IMG/VR virus record: IMGVR_UViG_3300042291_000512
Location: 1 to 55,213 of that record
Direction: 5' to 3' (one strand)
From: a virus
Taxonomy: Duplodnaviria; Caudoviricetes
Length of the DNA stretch: 55,213 nt
Part shown: piece by piece, positions 21,174 through 31,500 of the stretch
Layout of the letters: every line of letters starts with the position of its first letter
Numbering within the stretch: the stretch's first letter is position 1
The notes under the pieces: model-generated
What the model was told of the DNA's origin: nothing
The model's database searches: none
What the model saw: the letters and a program-made list of their open reading frames with translations, nothing else
Translations under genes and position numbers: made by a program

Positions 21174-21205
21174 TTTGGTAAATCCCCAAAAAAGTTGTAT
21201 ATTTG
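21174..21205 (+). promoter_or_regulatory. Bacteroidota-type housekeeping promoter (-33/-7)
   Basis: TTTG (21174-77), N20, TATATTTG (21198-205), upstream of the primase. Confidence 0.8.
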
Positions 21206-21221
21206 TGTAGAATATACTAAT

Positions 21222-22160
21222 ATGGTATCTGGGAAGAATAAACTAACAGTCATTAACATTTTAGACACCGCATTAGGTGTAGGTTCATCCTTAAAGGGAA
21301 ATGAGCAGGCACATCATTGTCCATTTTGTAACCACCATAAGAGAAAACTTCAGGTAAACTTAGATACTCAAAGATGGCATTGCTGGGTATGTGATTCTAA
21401 GGGTAGGAGTATTCAATCCCTCCTTCGCAAACTCAATGTAGATATAAGAGACCTCAATAGATTGAAAGATATCTATGGTGAGGATGATTATACATTAGTT
21501 GCGAAAGATGAGTATGTAGCTAAGTTACAATTACCATCAGAATTCAAACAATTACACTTCAAACCAAATGGATTCCAACCTGAATACAATCAAGCTATTA
21601 ACTATCTTAAAGAAAGAGGAATTACCCAAGCTGATATCGTTAAATACAACATCGGATATTGTTCTGATGGATTATACTTTGGCAGAATCATTGTACCTTC
21701 GTATGATGAGAATGGTGACTTAAATTACTTCGTAGCTCGTTCATATTACAAAGAGGAACGAATGAAGTATAAGAATCCACCGGTTAATAGAGATGTAATT
21801 GTGTTTGAAAATCAAATCAATTGGAATGAACCTATTACCTTAGTGGAAGGTGTATTTGATTCATTTTCAGTTAAGAGAAATTGTATTCCTTTGCTTGGTA
21901 AATTTTTATTAAGTAAATTAAAGAATAAGATTATAGAGAAAGGGGTTAAGGATATAACAATACTATTAGATTCAGATGCTATTTCAGATTCTACAAAGCA
22001 TACTGATTATTTTATAAAGAATGGTATTAACGTAAAGAATATTATACCAACCGAAAAGGATGCTGGGGATATGGGATTCAAAGCAGTTAGAGAATTATTA
22101 AAAGGAGCAACACAAACTGGATGGGATGACTTAGTTCTATCCAAACTAAATAATATATGA
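21222..22160 (+). CDS. DNA primase (Zn finger plus TOPRIM)
   Basis: CPFCNHH...WHCWVC, YLKERG, LVEGVFDS and LDSDA. ATG at 21222 preferred over TTG at 21195, which lies inside the promoter. Confidence 0.9.
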   Translation: MVSGKNKLTVINILDTALGVGSSLKGNEQAHHCPFCNHHKRKLQVNLDTQRWHCWVCDSKGRSIQSLLRKLNVDIRDLNRLKDIYGEDDYTLVAKDEYVAKLQLPSEFKQLHFKPNGFQPEYNQAINYLKERGITQADIVKYNIGYCSDGLYFGRIIVPSYDENGDLNYFVARSYYKEERMKYKNPPVNRDVIVFENQINWNEPITLVEGVFDSFSVKRNCIPLLGKFLLSKLKNKIIEKGVKDITILLDSDAISDSTKHTDYFIKNGINVKNIIPTEKDAGDMGFKAVRELLKGATQTGWDDLVLSKLNNI

Positions 22161-25100
22161 GGTTAAAGAGAATTTATCACATTGCGGATATACACATTCG
22201 TAATATAAAAAGACACAAAGAGTTTAGAGAAGTATTTTACTCAATGTTTGAGGAAATACAAAAAAGAGGAACGGAAGATTCTATTATCTACTTAGCTGGA
22301 GATATAGCTCATGCTAAATTGGAAATGAGTCCTGAATTGGTAAGTGAGATTAGCTGGTTGTTTACGGAATGTAACAAACTATGTCCTACTATTGTAATCG
22401 CTGGTAATCACGATTGTAATATGAACAATGCGGATAGATTAGATGTACTTACTCCAATAGTTGATGCATTGAAGTTACCAAACCTAACGTATTTAAAAGA
22501 TACGCAAGTTTACGGAATCGGAGATGTTGATTTTGCAGTATTCAGTATATTTGATAACAAAGATAATTGGCCGAAAGCTAATACTCTATTTGGTAATAAG
22601 AAGATTGCACTATTTCACGGACCTGTTGATAACTCTACAACCGATGTAGGGTATGTGGTTAGTAGTAGACACTTTACAACTGAAATATTTGATGGGTATG
22701 ATTTAGCCTTATTAGGAGATATTCATAAAAGACAAGAGATGATATCACCAAGCGGATGTAAGGTGGTATATGCCGGTTCTTTGGTACAACAAAACTTTGG
22801 TGAGACATTAGACAAGCACGGATTCTTAGTTTGGGATTTAGATACAATGACCTATGAGGAAGTTGATATCCAAAACGATTACGGATACTATACCTTAGAT
22901 GTTGATGGTGGTATTGTGCCGGATGTAACTGATATGCCGTTGTACCCTCGTTTAAGAGTGAGGATAACTAATACGGATACCGCAGATACAAAGAGAATGA
23001 TGGCTGACATTACCGCAAAGTATGGTGTGGAGGACTTTACAATCATTAGAACGGATACATTCAATAAGAAGAAAACCAACGATAGAGAAGCAAGGTTGGA
23101 AGTAGATAGCATAGCTGATATAAACCATCAAAACTCTTTAATCGGTGAGTATATTGAACGTATGATGCCATTCGTAACCAAAGAGGACTTAGCTGGAATA
23201 GAGAAAATAAATCGTGACATTAATAGTAGAATACAACCATCAGAACTACAAAGAAACATAAGCTGGAAACCAATTAAGTTTGATTTCAGTAATATGTTCT
23301 CATACGGAGAGAGGAACGTAATCAACTTCGATAAGATAAACGGATTGATGGGATTATTCGCACCAAACGCACAAGGTAAATCATCCCTATTTGATGCAAT
23401 CTCATTTTGCTTGTTTGATAAGTGTAGTAGGGCTTATAAAGCATCTGCTATTATGAATAATCGTAAATCTGATTTCCATTGCCAATTAGAATTCTCCGTA
23501 GATGGAGTTATCTATGGTATTCGTAGGGAAGGTAGAATTATCAATAAGGGAAAGAACGTAAAAGTGGATGTGGACTTTTGGAGAGAGGGAGATAGTGGTA
23601 GAGAATCACTTAACGGAACGGAACGTAGAGACACAAACCAAGTCATTGAAACTTATGTAGGAAGATATGAGGATTTCATTATGACTGCTTTATCTTTACA
23701 AGCTAATAACGCACTATTCATTGATAAATCACAATCGGAGAGAAAGGATTTGATGGCTCAGTTTATGGGCTTGGATATATTTGATAAGCTGTATGATACT
23801 GCTACAAACGACATCAAAGATGTGAATGCACTTATCAGAAATTTCAGAAAGACCGATTTTACTTCGGAGTTAGCTCAAAAAGAAACCGACTTGAATGAGA
23901 AGAAAAGTGAATATGATGAATTGGATTCTGAAAAATTGGAATTAGAAAAAAGAAAAGGTGAGATGGACGAACAAATTGTAACACTATCTCAACAAATAAT
24001 TCCAATTCAAGGTAATTTAGATATTGATGTATTAAACTCAAAATTTAAAACAATTGAAGATGATTTAAAAACTTGGAGTGATACTAAATTTGATAAAACT
24101 ATAAAGCATACGGAGGCTAAAGAGTTGGTAAGAGAAGCTAAGGAAATGATTGATTCCAAAGTTACTATAAACGGAACTGATATTGGTGAAGCACAAGTTC
24201 AATTGAATTTAGTCAAAGGACAAATTAAAGATACCTTACATCAGATTGAATTATTGGAACAAACAATTGAAACCAACAAAGAGAAGTTATCGCACTTAGC
24301 AGAGCATGAGTATGACCCTAATTGTAGTTTTTGTATGAACAATGTATTCGTAAAGGATGCAAAAGAAACTGAAAAGAAATTAGGAGAGCAGGGTAATCAA
24401 TTAGAAACTCTAAACATTTTACATGGTGCTCTTATAAATCAATTGGGTGAATTGGCTGGAGTTGAAGACCAATTCCGTCAATGGAAACAATGGACAAACG
24501 AGTATAGTAGATTAATTACCATTAGAGAAAGATTAGAAGCTGATGGTAAAACTGCGGATTCAAAAATTGAATTATTACAGCATCAGTTAGAAACCACAAA
24601 AGCGGATATCAAACGATATAATGATAATGTAGAAACAATTACAAAGAATCAGGCATTAGATATTCATATTCAAAATGTTCGTAGGTTAAAACAAGGTGTT
24701 GAAAAGCAAATATCCGATGTGAACAAACTTATGCTACGATTAATGTCAGAGGTAGGTGCAACAAAAACCTACATTGATAATATGGTAGCTAAGATGGAGG
24801 AAGTAAAAGAATTAGAAAGTAAAAACCAATTATATACATTCTACTTAGATGCAGTTAAGAAAGATGGAGTACCTTATGAGTTAATATCCAAAGCACTTCC
24901 AGCAATTGAAAACGAAGTGAACAACATATTAGGACAGGTGGTAGACTTCTCAATATCAATGGATACCGATGGAAAGAACATTAACGCTAGAATCGTTTAC
25001 GAGGACCAGGAGTGGGCTCTAGAAATGTGTAGTGGTATGGAGAAGTTTATATCAGGCCTAGCGATTAGAGTGGCTCTAATTAACATATGCAACCTGCCTA

Positions 25101-25300
25101 GACCTAACTTCTTAGTAATTGATGAAGGGTTTGGTACATTGGATGCGGATAATCTATCATCCTTATTTATGATGATGCAGTATCTTAAAACTCAATTTGA
25201 TTTCATTTGGGTTATTTCTCACTTAGAACAAATGAGAGATATTGTAGATGGACTTATTGAAATTAAAAAAGTAGATGGGTTCTCTAAGATTAACTTTTAG
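22157..25300 (+). CDS. fused Mre11/SbcD nuclease - Rad50/SbcC ATPase (gp47-gp46 fusion)
   Basis: DIH, GD, GNHD and GDIH phosphoesterase motifs; Walker A NAQGKSS; coiled coil with CSFC zinc hook; CSGME signature; FLVIDEGFGTLD; ISH. Confidence 0.92.
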   Translation: MRLKRIYHIADIHIRNIKRHKEFREVFYSMFEEIQKRGTEDSIIYLAGDIAHAKLEMSPELVSEISWLFTECNKLCPTIVIAGNHDCNMNNADRLDVLTPIVDALKLPNLTYLKDTQVYGIGDVDFAVFSIFDNKDNWPKANTLFGNKKIALFHGPVDNSTTDVGYVVSSRHFTTEIFDGYDLALLGDIHKRQEMISPSGCKVVYAGSLVQQNFGETLDKHGFLVWDLDTMTYEEVDIQNDYGYYTLDVDGGIVPDVTDMPLYPRLRVRITNTDTADTKRMMADITAKYGVEDFTIIRTDTFNKKKTNDREARLEVDSIADINHQNSLIGEYIERMMPFVTKEDLAGIEKINRDINSRIQPSELQRNISWKPIKFDFSNMFSYGERNVINFDKINGLMGLFAPNAQGKSSLFDAISFCLFDKCSRAYKASAIMNNRKSDFHCQLEFSVDGVIYGIRREGRIINKGKNVKVDVDFWREGDSGRESLNGTERRDTNQVIETYVGRYEDFIMTALSLQANNALFIDKSQSERKDLMAQFMGLDIFDKLYDTATNDIKDVNALIRNFRKTDFTSELAQKETDLNEKKSEYDELDSEKLELEKRKGEMDEQIVTLSQQIIPIQGNLDIDVLNSKFKTIEDDLKTWSDTKFDKTIKHTEAKELVREAKEMIDSKVTINGTDIGEAQVQLNLVKGQIKDTLHQIELLEQTIETNKEKLSHLAEHEYDPNCSFCMNNVFVKDAKETEKKLGEQGNQLETLNILHGALINQLGELAGVEDQFRQWKQWTNEYSRLITIRERLEADGKTADSKIELLQHQLETTKADIKRYNDNVETITKNQALDIHIQNVRRLKQGVEKQISDVNKLMLRLMSEVGATKTYIDNMVAKMEEVKELESKNQLYTFYLDAVKKDGVPYELISKALPAIENEVNNILGQVVDFSISMDTDGKNINARIVYEDQEWALEMCSGMEKFISGLAIRVALINICNLPRPNFLVIDEGFGTLDADNLSSLFMMMQYLKTQFDFIWVISHLEQMRDIVDGLIEIKKVDGFSKINF

Positions 25301-25463
25301 TAACTGGTAATACATTTTTAGGTGCGTTCTTACTCAAAGAATGCACCTTTTCTTTTATAAGGGTTTCTACTAACCCATTTATCTTATATCCTTTCTCTTT
25401 ACAAAATTCCTTTAATACTTGATGTATTTCGGCATCAATTTGTATCATAGCATATTTTTTCAT
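25290..25463 (-). CDS. ribbon-helix-helix DNA-binding protein (57 aa, absent from the ORF track)
   Basis: MKKYAMIQIDAEIHQVLKEFCKEKGYKINGLVETLIKEKVHSLSKNAPKNVLPVTKS*; has the strand-helix-G-helix pattern. Confidence 0.75.
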   Translation of the reverse strand: MKKYAMIQIDAEIHQVLKEFCKEKGYKINGLVETLIKEKVHSLSKNAPKNVLPVTKS

Positions 25464-25465
25464 AA

Positions 25466-25530
25466 TTCTTTAGATTTATTTAGTTTTCTTTAGTTTTTAT
25501 TATTTATAAATATTAAACACAATATTTATT
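25466..25530. promoter_or_regulatory. divergent promoter region with 10-bp direct repeats
   Basis: TTCTTTAGAT/TTATTTAGTT/TTCTTTAGTT repeats; palindrome TATTTATAAATA at 25501-512; ATATTTATT at 25522-530. Confidence 0.6.
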
Positions 25531-25550
25531 ACTAATTAATAGGAACATAC

Positions 25551-28500
25551 ATGGCAAGAATCAAAAAATATGCGGATAATTTAACGCAAAATTTAACTTA
25601 TTTTCAAACATTTGTAACAGATACAAATCCAAATTCGGATTATTTTAGAATTACTGAATTTAAAGAATCATTTACTGGAGGTAAGAATGGATTTCTAATT
25701 GAAGGCTCTGAGTATTTAAAAGAGAGTACTGATATAAAAATAGAAATATTAGACGTTGAAGGTAATCCAATTTATTTTGAACCAGGTAATGGTGTTCCTG
25801 AGTACTATGAGGGGTTATCAAAAGTTATAGCTGTTTACATATATGAAGATACTCCAATTGGTAATGCGAAAATTACTATATTGGGAGAATTAAAAACTTA
25901 TTTGGATGGGGATGGTATTGCTCAACCAATTCCTAGTGAATGGGCTGGTATATATAACGTTAAGTGGGAAAGAGAATTTAAAGTAAATAGATTACTTTCA
26001 AATGAAGATAAGGTAAGATTTTATGTAAGACCTGAAGTCACTATTAGTGAAATAGTTAAACCAATATTTTCAAATGTAGTTGCACCAAAAACTCAAAGTG
26101 GAATTATAAATGGTATTGCACAGGTTCCTGTGGCGGGCACTTCATTAACAAATTATACATCACCGAGAACTTATATTTTAGAAACCGTTGGTAATTCGTT
26201 TTGGACGGGTTCTATTGTTGGAACGTATTTAGATACCAACTTATTAGTATCAGATGCAACCTCTCCACTTGGAAGTGCGGCACCACTTATACCATATAAA
26301 CCACTAGTAACCCAGGTAATTAATTCAAGAGAAATATTAGTACAGCCACCATATACTGAATATGGCTTAGTAGCTAATACTGAAAATGCAACATATACCG
26401 GAATATTTAATTATACCGAGGGTGTAGATAATTTAAAAACGGCATTAACTGGTTCATTTGCAAAAATAACATTAGCGGATTTGACTACTTTTGTGGGAGA
26501 TTGTGCTAGAGTTAAAATATTTAGGAAATCAACGGCAGACTTATCTGATTTTCAATTTGTTCAAGAAATACAATTAGAATCAAATGAAATTTTAGTTGAT
26601 TTAGCATCTACTACAAAAAATCAAGAAAATTATGGATTATTTGATAATATCAATTTTAAAGAATATTGGGTAACATCCTCAAACGATTTGGATGCATCAT
26701 TTGAACAATCGTTTTTATTTGATTCTATAAAATTAAACAGTACATCCGGTGTAAATAAATTCTTTACAACAAAATCATTAAATATAAATGAAGGTATTGA
26801 ATACAGTTTAAATTTTAATGTTAGAAAAGAAGCAATTGGCAATCGTAGTAATTACATTGAAGCATATTTAAGTGGTTCTAAACAAACAATTGTAAATGGT
26901 TCACCTGCTACACTTCAAGTAAAACAAAGTATTGTAAGATTAGATACTCAAAATTCTTTACTTGAAAAACAAATTATTACTGAAAATATAAAAGCTGAAG
27001 AAATAAATAATGCTAGATTATATTTCGACATAAAAGGATTTGATTGGCATATTGCCGATGTTAGTTTAAAAGCATCACAAGAAACGGCATTTTCTCCAGA
27101 TGAAATTACATTTATTCAATCAGTACCAAGAAGTTTACCAGTTGAAACATTTATATATCGTTTTGAATTTTACGATATAAATAATAATTATATACCTGTA
27201 TTAGTTGAAGAAACAAAAACATTTGATGGAGGAAATTTACAAAGAATACAAAAAGGATTAGTATTTTCACCTAGATCGCTAACATTTCAATTTGATTCGG
27301 GTTCAAATCCAGTACCACCGACTGTTGTAGGGTTTACGGTGACAAAAAATTTACTAACAGGTTCAGTCAATTATACATCACAATCTTTTGATTTTTTTGG
27401 AGATGAGTTATTTGCTTCAGATTATACCGCATCATTTACCGGCCAAAGATATCCTGGATTACTTAGTGATATTACATCCGATGCTCCTACAATGACTGTT
27501 GGTAATTTCACAGGTTCTAGAGGCGATAAGTTAGTACAAATTGTAAAAATTACTGGAGAAGTTGAAGGATATACTGATACTGTTATATTCACTAAAGTAT
27601 TAGACGGATTTGGTGGGGTAAACTATTTGATTAGACCGTATAGAGGTACTCAGATTAGAAATAGTAGTACATCATCTTTAGAGATTCAGGCTATACGAAT
27701 AGATGGTGTAAATGATATTCAATTGAGTAGTTTAACCAAACCAGAAAAAGGTTGGCCTGATAAACAATTACACATCATATCTCGTTCGGCTGATGGAGCT
27801 GAGAAATTTGTAAATTTATCATACGCATCTTCTAGTGGGTATGTTAGAGGATTGATAACTGGTTCTTTGGGTAGTGGTGAAATTAATTATAACGCAATAT
27901 TCAATAGAGATTCGATAGATTTTAGAAGAACGATATATTTGATATCATCCGCATCCGCTGCATCTAGTCCGGCATATATAGCATCAGCATCCGTTGTTGC
28001 ATCACAAATATTAGAAGATTTACAAGATGGATTGGATAGTGGTGTTGTAATTTATAACGCAGATTCATTTACAATAAATCCAAGAACAGATAAATTATTT
28101 AAACCAGTATTTGGATTTGCAACTGCATCATTTGCAAAAAGAGGAACGGCTGCAGCTGAAATCGACGCAGTAACAGCATCATTTCAAGTATACCCATCAA
28201 TGTCAATAAATAGAGATTGGGTTCCTGAATATTGGATGTATTATATGACTCAAAGTTTAGACCCAACAATTACTGTTGTTGCTAAAGATGATAATAAAAT
28301 TTTAATACCTTCACAAAAGCCAGAAGGAGTTGAATCATTCTATGTTAGAAGTCCTTTAAATCAAACTAAAAATTTAACACTAACATTTACATATACTGAA
28401 CCTTGGACATCGGCATCCGTTAGTATTGATAAAACATTTACAATTGTACCGGAAGGTAAGCAAGGAGATGAAAGTATTGTATTTGAAGTAAGTCCAATAT

Positions 28501-31500
28501 CAGTAGTTCTTGGCGCAAATTCAAGAGGGATTGTAAATGATTACAGACCATCTATAACCGATATTAGATTAAAGCAAGGTTCTAAATATCTTGCGTTTAG
28601 TTCAAGTGCACATGTGTTGGATAACTTAAATACTCATGGTACATTCTATATAGCAACGGCATCTATAATAGATACCAATGTTACGGCCGGTAATGTTCAA
28701 TTTACTTCATCATTTTTAGTACCATATACTGCATCTTTAATAGTAAGTGCTTCATCAAATATGACAGATTTAAGTGGAAGTATTGAGTATCCCTTAATTA
28801 TACATCCATACTTTACATCTTCGATTTATAGCGCTAGTGTATTTGTAAACTATACAAAGATATTAGAAGGAGCTCCGCCAATTCAAATAATAATATCACC
28901 CACATCGGTAGCATTAACAGCAGATGAAGTTGGATACATTACACCAGGTGGATACTCCGCAGCAAATACAACGATACAAGTAAAAGACGGAGATGATTTT
29001 TTAAAATTAACAACAACTGAATCTTTTGCAAACGCCGATACTAGAAAAGGTACATACACAATTAATTCAATAGCTGCAAATGCTATTCAAGTTACAAAAA
29101 TAGCATCTTCATCTTTATCTGGATTAACAGGAACTGTAACTTATAATCGATTTGATTATCCATTTGTTTCTGCAAGTGCACTTTATACACTTCAAGTATA
29201 TCCTTACGCATTGGGTGCTGGGCATCAACCTACTTCATCTATTTTTACTCGTACGCAAACATTTACAAAAAATGTAACACCACCTAAAGCTCGTAGTGTA
29301 GATTTCAAAGCATCCGCATATACAGTAAACTATGATAGAAATGGTAGAGTATCGTTAGCATCGCAATCGCCAATTATATTATCAGCAACTGCATTTAATA
29401 CAACCGCATCGGCTGATAAGGTATATATTGTAATATCGGAAATAGCGCAGGATGGTTCTGAAAGTGGTGAATCCGCACCAATACCCGGCGCGGGAAATCC
29501 TGTAACATTTACATTACCAGATGTAAACTTTGAGGATGTAGCACCCGGTTCAATAAAAACATTTAAAGTTAAAATTACTGATGGAAATCCATACACATCT
29601 CCAACTGTAAATCCATATAGGGCAGAAGCTCAATTAACGATAAGTGGTGTAAAAGCCGGTGCAGACTCATACAAGCTAGTAGCATCAAATGAAAGCACTG
29701 CTATAACCGCTGATTTATGGGGACCTACTATATTTTCTAATACCGGTATGAAAATCACCACATTTAATGGTACTCAACAATTAATAAATGAAACTAGTGC
29801 ATTACCACAAGCCAATTTATTTGATGAAAATTTAGACTTTGAGGGGAATCCGATTGGGGTATTAGGGTATTCATCCGCATCGATAGTTTATAAAGATAAT
29901 TGGATTGGATTAACTGGAGGAACGCCTCCAAAGCTCACAGCATTATCAAACCCCGCTTCAATTGGAGATATAATTAGTTGGACTACGCCAGCTACAAATA
30001 CATCTGGAAAAATTGTATATAGAGTAGATTTTGAAGGAGATTCATCTACAACTGACCCATTGGTAAGACCGTTAGCTAGACAAACTCAATTTGTAACTCA
30101 ATCAATATCTGTTCAATTTACACCACCACCTCCGTATGATGTAAAGATGACTAATGAAAATTCATCCGCAGTTTATAAAGTAGCGGGTACGTTATCATTT
30201 GCTGGAACTGGTACACAAATTAGAGTTTATAGAGGAGGCACTGAATTGGTGAATACGAATTATAATCCATTGGTACCAGGTCCTGATCTTGATGCATACG
30301 GAAATTATGGATATAAAGATAAATGTAGAATTAGTATAGACTCATATTCATCGGGTATAATTACTTTAGCCGGAACTTTAACTGGAGGTAACCCTGTTCC
30401 TGGTGCACCCGCAACAATGGGAGATATTATAGGTTGGGCTACACCGGCTTCAAATCCAAGTGCGCAAATAGTTTATGAAATTAATTGTGAAGGTAGGCAA
30501 ACTTTTTATAAAACACAATCCCTATCAATTCAATATGAAGGTAATGTAGGCCCGGGTCTTGTTATGAGAGGTGAGTGGGATGCAACTAAAGATTATTATG
30601 GTTCAGTTGAAAACATAAATGATAGATTGGATGTTGTTACTTACCAAGCCACTTCAGATGATACAAAATATTATGCAGCAATTAGTGGGTCTGGCCCAAA
30701 CACTTGGGTAAATCCAACTACATCAACTTTTTATAGAGGAGTATCGCCACCTGCAGGTTTTACTTTTAATGTACTAGCACAAGCACCAACACCAAGTACA
30801 ACACAAGTACCACCAGTAGCATATTGGAGATATTTGGGAACGCAAGATTTCTTTGTGGCAGCTAAGTTGGCAATATTTGAAAAATCATATGTTAAGAATT
30901 CTATAAACGTTGGTACTAAGGATACCAGTGGTGATTTTGCTAATATTGTAATAAACGGAGGAAGACCGGACCCATATATTGCTTTAGGGCAAGTTGGTAG
31001 TACTGCTGGAACGGCTGGTACATCTGGTACATCAACCACTGGATCTGGTGTTATCGGATATGATAAGCCTGGTATATTTTTAGGAATGTATGAAAATGGT
31101 TCTTTCGGTACAACTGGTAGATTCTCAATAAAAACTACTTCTACTTCTGGAAAGGGAATGTCTTGGGATGGTGATGTTTTAACTATTATAGGGGCAATTA
31201 GACAAATTCAACCGGGTGTTAGTGAGGGTTCGTTAAGGGGAGCTTGGACATCTGGAGATACTTATTACACAAATGATATAGTTTCATACGGAGGACAAAG
31301 TTGGAGATGTACATCGGCGCAAGCACAAAATTATCAAAACATTGCAACAAACGATACAAATGCATTAACTGGATATCCCGGTTCTGGTCCTTGGGCAATT
31401 GCGGCCTCAGCAGGAACATCTGGAACTTCAGGAGCTCTCGGTGCTACTGGTGGACCCGGTCCTGGTGTAGTTTATAGAGGACCGTGGGCTCAATTTGAAT

